Shown here one piece after another: positions 28,815-40,724 of a stretch of 64,000 bases of DNA (its first letter is position 1; each line of letters opens with the position of its first letter). The position numbers and the translations under genes are program-made. Origin of the DNA: Octopus bimaculoides (Eukaryota); contig NC_068993.1 of assembly GCF_001194135.2 (NCBI RefSeq), positions 10,452,231 to 10,516,230 of the forward strand, written 5' to 3'. The notes below the pieces were generated by a model. It was given only the letters and a program-made list of their open reading frames with translations. It was not told the origin of the DNA and made no database searches.

Positions 28815-29210
28815 AGGTATGGCTGTGTGGTTGAGAAGCTTGTTTCGCAACCATGTAGTATGGGGTTCAGTCCCACCGGGCATCATCTTGAGCATGAGTC
28901 TTCTACTGAAGCCCCAGGTCAACCAATGTCATATGAGTGAATTTTGTAGAGGGGAAACTGCATGGAAGATCCATCATATATATATGCATATATATAATTT
29001 AAGAATGTATGTGCCTTTGTGTCTGTCCCCTCAATTTGATAACCAGTGTTGGTTTGTTTACAACCCTAATAATTTAGTGGCTCAACAAAAAGAGACCAAA
29101 AGAATAAGTATCAGACTTTAAAAAAACCCCGGAGTATCAGGGTCAAAAGATTCATCGAAATCCTTTAAAGTAGTGCCCCAGCATGGTCGTAGCCCAATTG
29201 ACAAACAAAA
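28815..29210 (+). mobile_element. SINE family A, old copy
   Basis: Head ATGGCTGTGTGGTTGAG...GGGTTCAGTCCC and tail CCCCAGCATGG, heavily diverged. Confidence 0.7.
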
Positions 29211-29334
29211 GATAAGACTTAAACATAAGGACATACTGACAGTTCAATACATAGCCCCCTTCTACTTTCTAGTGCACATAACAAGTACTTATTTTATCAA
29301 CCAAAAAGGAAGGATTTGAAAGCCCCTTCTTTTT

Positions 29335-29445
29335 GATCATTGTCCTCTAGGCCATAACAGAAGAATTCAAAACTGGCAGCCCCTGGGGACTACTATAATG
29401 CTGATGATCTTGCTCTCATAGCAGTTTCTATATCGGAGCTGTACT
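29335..29445 (+). mobile_element. RTE reverse-transcriptase fragment (YADD region)
   Basis: AITEEFKTGSPWGLL-(Y)ADDLALIAVSISEL with one frameshift. Confidence 0.7.
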
Positions 29446-32400
29446 CAAGAAGAACTGTCCTTCACGAGCCCTGTGCCGGTGCCAAGTAAAAAGCTATGCG
29501 CCAGTGCCGCATAAAAACACCCGTGCTGGCACCACATAGAAAGCACTCAGCACACTCTGTAGAGTGGCTGGTATTAGGAACGGCATCCAGCCATGGAAAC
29601 CAAGCCAAACCAAACCAGACTGGAATCTGGTGCAGCTCTCCCACTTGTCAGCTCTGCTTAAACTGTCCAACCCATGCCAGCAAGGAAAACAGATGTTAAA
29701 GGATAATGATGATGATGATGATGATGAATTTGGTGACAAGAAAGGAAATATAGTAGGATATAAAAGTTCTGTACTGTACTATTCATACCACCTGACTGTC
29801 ACCTTATTAGTAATATGTATTGAAAAAAGCCAAGTTGTAGAAATATCATTGAAAAATGGTTTTATGTAGGCATATAAAGAGACAAACTGTCTGTAAGAAC
29901 CTGTTCTTTTCAAAGCTATTCATTGAATTCATAGCCAAAAATACTACTATATATGAGATTTGAAACCTAAACTTGTCAGAGAGCTTTTAGTTGCTTGAAT
30001 CTACTAAATACATGGCTCAAGGAACCTATTGTTAGACACAGCTGAGTTGAAAGATGAGTCAATTGAATACAGGTAAAAGAACAGTCCTTGTTAAGTACAC
30101 AATGACCTTTAGATTGTATGTAATAGTAGTTTACTCTGATGGTCAAAAGTGGGTGCAGTCAGCCAACAGTCAGAAGTAGAGATATGCTGAGATTAAATAG
30201 ATAGGCAGACAGATAAAGAAGAGAGAGGAAAACAGGAAAAGTATGAGATAGAAACTGAAAATGTAAATATAGAACCAGTACATATACAGGTGGCTTAATG
30301 AACATAAAGCATACTGGTGATATAAGTTAATAGATTTGAAGAAGAGAAGAGGAATTTATCTGCCGGTGTCCCTCCCTCAGATAATCATTAAACTAAAAGA
30401 ACACGTCTAGCAAACACCTAATGCAATCTCTTAAGTGTAACTTAATAACAGACAACATGCTGAATTATTAAATGCAAGAGAAGAGATACTACTTGCTGTG
30501 TAACTGCACAGTACCTGACTTCCTAGCAGCTAGAGAGAGAGAAACTCAATATTGAGTTTAGTACCAGCAAAACAACAGCACAACACTCTGCAAAACCCAA
30601 ATTTTGACATAGTTCTCTCTGAGGATGTATTAACGATATGTATGCGTGAACACCAACGCTTCTTTGACTCATGCTATTAATTGTTATTTCTTGCAAAGTT
30701 ACCCCAAAAATTAAAAAAAAACAAAAACACAAGATTATACACATATATCTTAGAGTTTACAGACGTAACTCCACTCCCCAGAGAAAACTAAGAGCTACAC
30801 AAATTATTGCTTGTCTTGGTATTTTTTTATCATTCTAGATTAGTAATTAGAAAATGGTGTGCTACTGTTAACGAAAGTGCAACAACATGTCAGTGTAGGT
30901 GCTTACATTTCGTGAATATGTGCAGTGGATAGCAGAACTGCTTGTGTTAAGACAAAATAACTTGTGGCATTTGGTTACAAACCTTTTTACACCGAGTTAG
31001 ATACCCATTTATGTTGACTTTGCTTTTAATTCTTCTGAGGTCAATAAATACTAATTATAGAGTTAATATAGTCAACTAAATCCTTAAACCCTGGTATGGC
31101 TACAATCAAACAACCAAAACTGATAAAATTATAGAATTTAACAGCAAATTTATTAAAATTATAATTGGTCATATATATGTATCAAATTGCACCATATTGT
31201 GCTCATAATTCAAACACGTTCTATTATGTAATATATCAATAAGCATATAAATAGCTATTCTTGAGGAAACATGTTACATAACTGAAAAGTCGACTCCATT
31301 CTTATTTGCTTAATTTTATGTGTGTATGAGAATTAGCAGAAATTACAGTATCTTGAAGTGCATGGTGAGGAAATGGTCTGTGACTCTAAAACATTTTTGA
31401 ATGCTTACTTATTCTATAGAATAGGAATGCGAGATACAGTGCTCGTATTTTTCCTGTTTTCTAAACTGAGAAGGATTATGATAGCAGATTTAGAAAATTA
31501 GTGTAGTTAATATTAAACTTACAAGTTGCTGCTGCAACTTATAAACATAGGAAACCATAGATGGTAAGATATATTTTCTAGAGAAATAGATTCCTATATA
31601 TTTGGAAACTATATAAAGCTTATATATGCATGTATATATGTGTGTATATTCTTCACTGTGTATATATGCATGTAGATGTGTATATTCTTCACTGTGTATA
31701 TTCTTCACTGATGCAGCTTATAAACAACGATGAAAAAAACCAAGGGACAAAATCCTTGTAACAAATAACACTAAGAGACAGAATGTGAGAAAAAATAAAT
31801 ATTTTGGTATAACAAAGGCAGACACCCTATTTGGATCTTGAAAAATGAAGTCACCCTGCATTAAAGGACCAATTAACACGAAAGAAACGGAGACACTTGA
31901 TAGCAATTTAGATAAGTGTGCCCAGAGAACTAGCTAGAAACTGTACTGACGTCCGAGTATTTTTAAGCATGTTGGTCTTCTGGTTTTAATATTTAACTTG
32001 AAAGACTCGCACTGGAACACCGAATCAACTGGCAGACGAAACAGTGTCAAGTGGAGGAAATACTGACATTGAATCGTCAGTCAGTCTAGCTTTGGAAATA
32101 TCCGTCCAGCTTGCAACAACAGTTCACTGTTACAGTGTGCTGCACAATAGGAGAAAAATCTGAATTTTGAAATGTGAAGGTAGTTTTGTACCATCCTGCA
32201 CTCTGAAATTTCTTTAACACGTTTGTAAAATATTCACTTCCTTCCCTTCAAGAATAACATACTTTCTAAGTATGATGTGTATGTGCGTGCATTGCACACC
32301 CTAATACTTATCAGTGTTACTACACTCTCTCAATTTTTAAATATTTCTATATATACCTGCAAAAATATGTTCGGTAGTGTCACATACTTTTACAGATAAA

Positions 32401-33555
32401 TTCCTCTATTTACACAATATCGAGGTCTCTTTCTTTCTTTTGTTGTCATTTCTTTCAATATATATATATATATATATAGCTTAATCGCCCTTAGTCTTGT
32501 CCTCTAGGAAAAATATGCTTTGCTGAAGATCCTGCTTACACAAGTTGGCTTTAAAAAACAGAACTGCTCCAATAAACATCAAATCCAAATTTTGAACAGA
32601 ATTTATTGGAGTTATCTCCCTTGGTTTTAAAGGAAAATTTTGTTTACATATTTTTTATTTTGATAATGTTTGTTTTTTTTTTCCACCTGCCGGTATGTTA
32701 GTATGTTAAATAGGATGAATAGACAGGTAGATAACACAGGTAGGTCGGGATCGTCCATAGAAGGCGTACACACATGTCAAAAGTTCAGGCTTTTGTTTTG
32801 TGTCATTGAGCTACTAATTGATGGGCATGTTATGTATGAAGCGACGAGAAACTTATTAAGAATTGAGGGTTTGCTGAGAGCTATTCGCTGCCACATTGAC
32901 GAGGTCAGGTAGCTACACCGTCAGGAAAGAAGCTTGCTTGTAAGCATGGCAAAGCTGCACAGTGGGGCCCCAGACCTGACTGGATCACGGCGTTATTTTA
33001 AACTCAAAACACTTTATTTATTTCAAAGCATTTGATCAATTCAAGAGTTTTCCTAAGATGAATAGAAAGTCAATCAAAACTATCACCAAACCCACGAAAA
33101 TGGGGTGGGGTGGGGTGGAGAGAAAATAAAAAGAAAAGGTGTAACAAAAAGGAAAAGAAATCCAGATATTTATTTTAAATCTGGTACGTAATTAAGTGAA
33201 GTTCATACGACGGACTTTCGAAAAGGATGTTACTACATCAGAGGGAAGAAAAAAAAGAAAGAACGGGAAAAGGGGGGCGAAATATAAAATATAAGCAATT
33301 AAGATTTGGGGAATAAATTTCTTTCAGAACCATAATTCCAGTTCTATGAAACAGAAGAATAGTTATAAGTGGAAGAAAACGGATTCTCAATTCCTTACCC
33401 CTTTTTCTTCCACATGAAATAAGCTACCTACTCCGAAACTCCACCGTCTTAAGGATAAGGAACACGGAGATCTATTTTCATGCCTTAACCATGAACATTA
33501 ACGATGTAAGTTGTTTGAAACGGAAATCGAAATTGGAAATAAACAAATTTGTTAC

Positions 33556-33737
33556 CGAAATTTCAACATTGAATCATTCAGCACCCAGCTGTTTAAATCA
33601 TGTGCTAAGTTTGTATAACAACCACAAACACCACCAACATTACTAACACTCGGTTGAAAGCCGTTCCACATTTTACAACATTTATCAAATGAAAACAGCA
33701 TGCATGTCACAACATCCCGTTCCGGTTTCCTGGTCAC
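33556..33737 (-). CDS. Candidate 182-nt exon (VTRKPERDVVTCMLFSFDKCCKMWNGFQPSVSNVGGVCGCYTNLAHDLNSWVLNDSMLKF-R); alternative N-terminus or inserted exon
   Basis: Acceptor TTTAATTTTAAG|GTG, donor TTTCG|GTAACA. Stop-free from its first base and ends in phase 2, which fits the exon at 24252 (CG|A AAA AAC = R-K-N). No recognisable homology. Confidence 0.4.
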
Positions 33738-34249
33738 CTTAAAATTAAACGAACAAATCTATGAACTAAAAATGATTTGTAAAAACGAAAAATAATGAGT
33801 GATCAAACATGGCGTCGAGCCACACCTCTTGTCAACAGACCGAAACTACCCACGATAAATACATCATCGTTATTATCATCATCACCACCTCAAATGGAAC
33901 CAGCAGTAGGAAATAGTTTCATTGACAGCTACACAAGAGAAATGGAGAGAAGCGGGAAGGAACAACAGCGGGAGAGCTTAAAGAAAGGAGGGGGGTACAT
34001 CCCGTATGTCAAGATATGTTAAACTGATTAATTTTGAAATTTAGATAAAATAATAATAATAATTAAAAATACGATAGATAAGATACTCTTTCGAAGTAAC
34101 CGGATATTTATATCTTTCATATTTCGTTACTGTCCTACTCATTCAATTACTAAAATAGACGTAGTGTGTGTGTATGTGTAAATATACATGTGTATAATGC
34201 GGTGTGTGAATAACAATCCTTTCTATAATATACACCAAGACTAAAATTT

Positions 34250-34395
34250 CGGGTAGCGAATAGTTGATTACATCAACACCGAAAGAATGAAAGGCGAAGT
34301 CGACCTGGGCAGAATTTGAACTTAGGACGTTAAGAGTAAAATGGAATACTGCTAAGCATTTTCTCTGGTGTGTCAACGACCCTGTCAGCTTGATA
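34250..34395 (-). mobile_element. SINE family B fragment
   Basis: gaatgaaaggcgaagtcgacctgggcagaatttgaactt...gctaagcattt. Confidence 0.7.
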
Positions 34396-36805
34396 ATAAT
34401 AATTGTTTCCAATTTAGAAGAGAGAGGTTAGTTGATAGTATCGACTCCAGTACATGACTGGTATTTTATTTTATCAACCCGGAATGGAATTGGAAAAAAA
34501 AAAAAACCCCACGGAAATAGTTTCTAACACAAGTCGAACAGACTCAAATTTTCGGCGAAGGTAAAGAATACGCACACCCAGGGTTTAGGGTTAGGGATTT
34601 TGTTAGGCTGAAAACGGGTGATGTTTGTATTCTTTACCTCCTTCAAATTTTGTAGGGTTTCCATTCAAACAGATCAAATTTTTTACCCTTTTTTTTTTTC
34701 CTGCGGTTTCTGAATCAGATCCAAAGCTAACCATTTGTAAAGGAAAGATAAATAGACACTGAGTCTAAGTTGACTCCAGTATACGTCTGGTATTTATTTT
34801 TAGTACAGGGATTTTAGTATATTCACCGAAATTTAATCTCGAAACGTGAAACGCTTCATGGTCTGTAACTTAGCGGTTTGGCAAATAAGATAGATTTAAG
34901 TGCCAGGCTTTAAAAAAAATATATATAAGTACTGGGATAGATTTGTTTGAATAAAATTCAAGGCGAGCCCCAGCATGGCTACAGTCTAATGATTGAAAAA
35001 AGTAAAAGATAAAACACACACACAGAGCGAGAGAGATTTATAGGACATGGGTGCATACTTAATTTAATCAGTATCCGAAATGGGCAAAGTACTTATTTTG
35101 TCGGCCACAGTGCTTCCATTGAAAACAAATCGTCAGAACGAGGAGTTGACTGAACAAAATGTTTTTATCAACCAGGCTCTTCTACATGCTTTGAAACTAG
35201 TCAAAATACTACGTAATGGTAGATTAAAAATTGTAGCGCTCATTCTATTTAAGTGTTGTCTACAACATCAATGCCATCAAGCCGACGAGGCGCCTTTATA
35301 CAACCGTTCATTATGCTAAAAATAGTAGCTGAATACCCTTAAAAATCATTCTGCCGTCTTGTAGTAGATAAATAAATAAATAAATAAAATGGAATAAAAA
35401 GAAGTTTATCAATGGTAGCGTAAAAGAATGGCAAACCATACGCTTTAAATATAAGTATTTTGTATATCTATAAATAGAATCTCTAGAATTATCATTCTTT
35501 CCATTGGGGGATTTCTCAGCACTACTTGAGCAAGCTTATAATCAGACATTCCAGTCGAGACTGTCCAGCTCCCACCACCACCACCACCTTGAAATACACT
35601 GTACTTTAGACTACATTTTCCAATATCTTTTTTTTTTTTTGAGACAGCAGGGAATGATTTTGAAGGATATTTGGCTGCTATTTCTAGCATAGAGTCTCTT
35701 TTGTTGGTTTAGTAACGGTACAATTGATTTTAGATTAAATCATGGACAAACTTCGGCCTTGTGGGACTTCTTGAATGGCACACACCTCACGAAAAACTGC
35801 CTTCAATTTTTTTTTTTTTTTTTTGTAGTAGTAGTAGTACAGCCTGTCTAATTATGAACCATGTCTCATGTAGCCCGCTTCTCGAAAAAGGATGCCCATA
35901 TCTGCCTCAGAACAAGGTATGAAGTATGAGAAATCTTTTTTCCTAAACAGCAAGCCCCATAGAGATATTTATTGCCCATCATAAACCAGACCACTTCACT
36001 AACATGATGTACGTCATATATTACACTAATTAAATCATAAAATAATTTGAGAGAGAGAGAGAGAGGTGGGGTGGATAGCCTGAGTGAATGAGAAACAAAG
36101 AAGCAATATTGTTCAAAAGCGTTGGACACTAAGAGAAAGTTATGCTTATGAGAACGATATTCCGTGTACTATACACACAGTCATGAAGACACCGACCTGT
36201 AGGCTTGTTCCTGCTTGTCTGGAGTTTCACTACACAGCCATTTTCTCCTGCACCGACAATAAATATGTTAAAGTGGCTAAAAGTCACTAAAAATATATAT
36301 GATGAATTAACCACAGTATACTGGGGTCGATGTAATCGACTTAATCCCTTTGTTTATCCCCTCTATGTTTAGCCCCTTATGGGCAATAAAGAAATAAGAA
36401 GTACAAATTTTATACGGAATTTCTATAACAACTTTAGCAAGTAAACCAACTATATCCAGCTCCCCACCACTACCACCACCACCATGAATTATGCTGCATA
36501 TTAGACTACTTTCTCCAATATCTTCTTCCTTCTTTTGAGGCAGCAGAGAATGATTTTGAGGGATACTTGGCTGCTATGTTGTATATTAAAACTAGTCAAA
36601 GTCAACCTCTTACCCTACAATGTAATTCTAAAACTGTACAAACTACAACACCATTGATATGTCAAAGCTGAGAAAATGCACAATTAATTCAAAGCAATAT
36701 GAGTAAATAAGCATTACATTTGACAAAGTACTATGAATGTTAAAGGATCAAGTTACTGATTATCAAGAAAATCCAGAGAATTGTCAAGAAATTCATCATA
36801 TTTAC

Positions 36806-36979
36806 CGAGATTTCAAGGTCATAAATGTTGCCATCCAGGAGCTGTATGTTTGTTTGTGCCATCTTGCCAGGTTTCGTTACAGTTTTCTTTTTGCTGCTGC
36901 TGGGTTCATTCGAGGGTTCCGATTTATTCGAGGTGATTAAAAGGGCTGAGGTGCCACTTGTTTCGCCACTTAGCGTTTC
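36806..36979 (-). CDS. cora: Coding exon of the same gene, N-terminal linker plus FERM start: ETLSGETSGTSALLITSNKSEPSNEPSSSKKKTVTKPGKMAQTNIQLLDGNIYDLEIS
   Basis: Acceptor TCTTTTTGATTTCAG|G, donor TCG|GTAAAT, 174 nt, open, phase 0/0. It ends in the FERM-start motif (LLDG..Y...) at the position where vertebrate EPB41-family genes have a phase-0 intron. Confidence 0.88.
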
Positions 36980-37579
36980 CTGAAATCAAAAAGACATTAC
37001 ATTGTTAGGTAGTCATGTGAAGTGGTTGGACACTAGAGATGACAGACAGACAGTCATAGATTTTGTAACTATTGGTTAGTTACAAAATCTATGACCTGTC
37101 ATTTAGCATCAAGACAATCTTGTTTAAATTGAGACTGCTTATTTTTTTTTTTACTTTTTCTGACAGTGTAAAACAAAGACCACATTAGCGAATGTATCAT
37201 TTCCTTTCTTTTTTAAACAGCATGAATGTGATATGGCAAAGATTTGACTGCTGTTTCTAACAAAGCAATTATATAGGCTTGACCAAGACTGGAATATTTC
37301 CTGTCCCCAAAGTTGAAATCTAACTTCTGAGAGATAGTTTTAGCAAGTTTTAGTAATGTTTATTAGTGTCTGTCTGATGACCTTGAAATATTGTAAGGCC
37401 TCATAACCTCATACATTTTTTTTTCTTTACTTTTTAAGAAAGTTTGAAAACCTTAGTAATGTGTTGTTCATGACTAATAGCAATAGTGTTGGAAAACTGT
37501 TTTCTTATATATATATATATATATATATATGTCAAAGAATATGTATAAGAATATGTATATGTATTTTTCCATATGTGTA

Positions 37580-37679
37580 NNNNNNNNNNNNNNNNNNNNN
37601 NNNNNNNNNNNNNNNNNNNNNNNNNNNNNNNNNNNNNNNNNNNNNNNNNNNNNNNNNNNNNNNNNNNNNNNNNNNNNNN
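37580..37679. other. Assembly gap (100 N); other gaps at 44528-44750, 52602-52611, 53482-53897, 56496-56534, 61319-61734
   Basis: N runs, almost all bordered by microsatellites or SINEs, as expected for a short-read assembly. Confidence 0.99.
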
Positions 37680-37850
37680 TTTGTACTTCTTTGTAAAAAA
37701 ACATTTTCATTCTCCTTCTTGAAAATTTGGTTTGCAATGAAAGCCGGTTAAAAATCTTTATTAAAATATGCTTCCAGTTTAGCATTCTGCCTTATTCTTC
37801 ATTTTCCTATTATTTCTCCACGTGCGGTTAATACAACCCCACTATTTACT

Positions 37851-37912
<62 letters not shown>

Positions 37913-37915
<3 letters not shown>

Positions 37916-38056
37916 TGTCTATCAAATCCACTCACAAATTTTTGGTCAGACTGAGGCTATAGGAGAAGACACTTACCCAAGGTGTCAAACAGTGGGACTG
38001 AAACCAGAACCATGTGGTTGAGAGGCAAACTTCTTACCACTCAATAACGCCTGCAC
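37913..38056 (-). mobile_element. SINE family A head half
   Basis: caaatccactcaca...gaagacacttacccaaggtg...gggactgaaaccagaaccatgtgg, following a long (TA)n. Confidence 0.7.
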
Positions 38057-40224
38057 CCCATAGAACATAAAGATATGTTCTATGTAGATACACACTCTAT
38101 ATATTTGCAGTCAGTCAGTTCAAATCATTCAAGAAACCCTACTAAAAGTTTTTGTTTCTCTGTATGCAAATCTGGGTCCATACATATATTCACACATGCA
38201 CCAGTATGTGATGGTGAGAAGGAAAAATAATGCTTATGACCCTTTCAGAACATGACAGATTCGAAGATGTTATCCTCAAGAGCAAGGACCCAAATATCTC
38301 TAATATCTCAAGGAACTCCAGCCAATAGATAAAATTAACCACCCAAGAACAGGATTTGTCCTAAGGATTCTATGGTTTTTCTCCACTAAATTTCACTCAC
38401 AAGGCTTTATTTTACATGAAGGTATAGAAGACACTTGCCCAAGCCACCACAAGGTATCACACTGTGGAAGTGAACCCGAAACCTTGTAGTTTCAAAGTGA
38501 ACTTTTCCATATATAACAAATACATCTATCCATACACACCAATCAATATAATCTATCAGAACACACACACATACAAGACAATTTTAAACACAAAAGGACT
38601 ATATTTTTTTGCTATATTAAACTAGACTTTCCCTACAGTGAAATATAGGGCACAGTTTGTGTTCTACATCAACAACAACCTGTAAGTATGAAAAGTACAA
38701 ATATTAGCAATCAATGGCAATACTGTGAATGTGTGAAATGTCAGGTGACAGTCACTTCAATATTGTATTAGTTTTGAAAAAAGGTAAGTAGGTAGTTTGG
38801 TAAGTATAAGACTTGATGCCGAATTTTCAATAAAGTACTGAAAATTTTGAACTTCTTTGAGCTTCCTGAAAATTACACTGAGAATCTACTTTTGATTCTG
38901 AGAAGCAAACAGCATCTTCAGTACCATGGAAATAAGAATCATTTTCTTAGAGCCCTTGTGTCTCAGCTAAAAAGATCCAAATTTTGATCTTAAAGATTTG
39001 TAATGAAACTTCCATTTTCATATTATGTTCTTTTGAATTTGATAACCAGAAATAATTTATCTATAAATGATAAATGCATGTGGGAGACAGAGAGAGAGAG
39101 ATTTCTGCATACTTATGAATACATTCGTTGTTATATGTTCCACATGGAGTGGAGAGAGAAGTGCTCTCTCCAAGTGAATTTGTCAAATGGTGAGTGACTT
39201 TGGCAAAAATAGTTAGGGTGAATGGACCTTCTCTAAGTGTAATCCTGTAGATTAGAGAACAACAGTCAGGCAAGTGCTTGTGCCCTTGGTGGTCAGGGTG
39301 ATCCTGGATTTGTAGTCTTAATAGGCCTTAATAGGAGGTTCTCCTGTTTCAGGAAGACTGCATCATACGTATACTTTTATCTCATTTCACCTCCCTACCT
39401 GTCTTACTCATATCTTTTACATAAACACCCATGCAAATTGTAAACTGTTCTTGTAAGGTCATCCTTAACTGATATCCCAATGGCAAATAAAACAAATCAT
39501 TATTACATTATGTTCAGTAAAGTTACAAACTTTAGTTATGTAAATACTTAATGAATAAATAAATATTTGAGCTATGAAGAAGTACTTTATGAAAAACCAA
39601 ATGAGGAGGAGGGTGGAGGTAAGGGTAACATGAGTATAAAAAAGGGAATTATTAAGAAAGTGGAAATTTATAAAGCAAGCTACAAGTTGACCTAAGAAAA
39701 GAGAGTTCACATCCTTCGTTTGTCACTAAATATTTCAATGCTTGCCTTCTTGATAATTATACTGGTGGGAATAAATTCCTAAGCATGACATGTTGCCGGA
39801 GAAAAGGAATTCTCTTACATGCTGATTCACAAATAGACTAAAATGTTAAATTGGCGAGACGAGTGTATAGACATGTATGGCAACAGAGAGTAAAAAAGTG
39901 TTGAAGACGTAAATTATTTCCTACCAACACAGTAAAATGGAATAATTAAATAAATATAAATAAAAACCTAATATCACTATTCCTTGATCGATGTTAATTG
40001 AATAGTTAAATGTCTGAGCTGAGTTATTTTTATTAAGATTATAATTTTCAGAACTATTAACTCCATCTTTAGAGTGTATCCTATTCATTTTAGGTCTGCT
40101 TTCCATGCTGGCATGGGATGGACAGGTCATCATGGTCCAAGTAATTTCTTATTGAGAGCTGTTGCTCCCAGAGACTTGGTACTCATGTGTGTCTTCAGAT
40201 CAGCCTTCACCCCTTTTTTTCCCA

Positions 40225-40290
40225 TGTCCTTATAGAAAAGGAAGACCACAGACGACTTGGGATGAAGTGATGAAGGTTAACTTGCAAAGT
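40225..40290 (+). mobile_element. Short RTE C-terminal fragment
   Basis: RKGRPQTTWDEVMKVNLQ. Confidence 0.55.
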
Positions 40291-40534
40291 ATATTTATAA
40301 TATTTGCATATAAACATGCATCTGTAGCTTTGAGAAGAAAGAAAGACATTGTTGACCTTTGGTAAGAAATAAAGGGTACCTAGTTTGAAATCTATCTGAT
40401 ATCATGTAATGTTCAATATCTGATGAGGATTTGAAATGAGGTTAATTAGTGTGAAAAGTTTTTAATTTAATGATTCAAAATTATGATTGATGCAAGCTCA
40501 CACATTTACAGGGGATGGGTATAATTTATTGAAT

Positions 40535-40565
<31 letters not shown>

Positions 40566-40724
40566 CCACCGTTACTTTAATTACTATTAGAGAACTGCTG
40601 ATTTGAACTTAGTTTATAGGGAGATAACACTAGAGACTGAAGAGATTTTAGTGGAGTACAGTAGAGTTTTTCTACCAAGACAGTTTCTGCTACAAATTTG
40701 CAAGAGATAAAGATGGAGAGCTGG

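Larger units (their letters stand above)
32650..35350 (-). promoter_or_regulatory. CpG-retaining island inside an intron; candidate internal promoter
   Basis: CpG is visibly more frequent than on either flank. A YY1-type motif (AAACATGGCG, 33805-33814) and the exon-like segment 33556-33737 lie within it. Confidence 0.45.

Noticed and set aside
30530-30610. MSKFGFCRVLCCCFAGTKLNIE resembling a FERM start (CRVL...G)
   Set aside because: Lacks LLDG and stops after 26 codons; joining to 24252 would need a very weak GTTTCT donor.
33795-34022. Plus-strand 75-aa ORF and the ATGGCG context at 33809
   Set aside because: No homology or downstream exons seen. The motif is better explained as a YY1-type promoter element, and the ATGGCG frame stops after 35 codons.
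37373-37400. CTGATGA-CCTT-GAAA-TATTG-TA hammerhead-like string (also ~40410 and ~42157)
   Set aside because: No stem II, and stems I and III are not properly formed; such spacing is expected by chance in AT-rich DNA.
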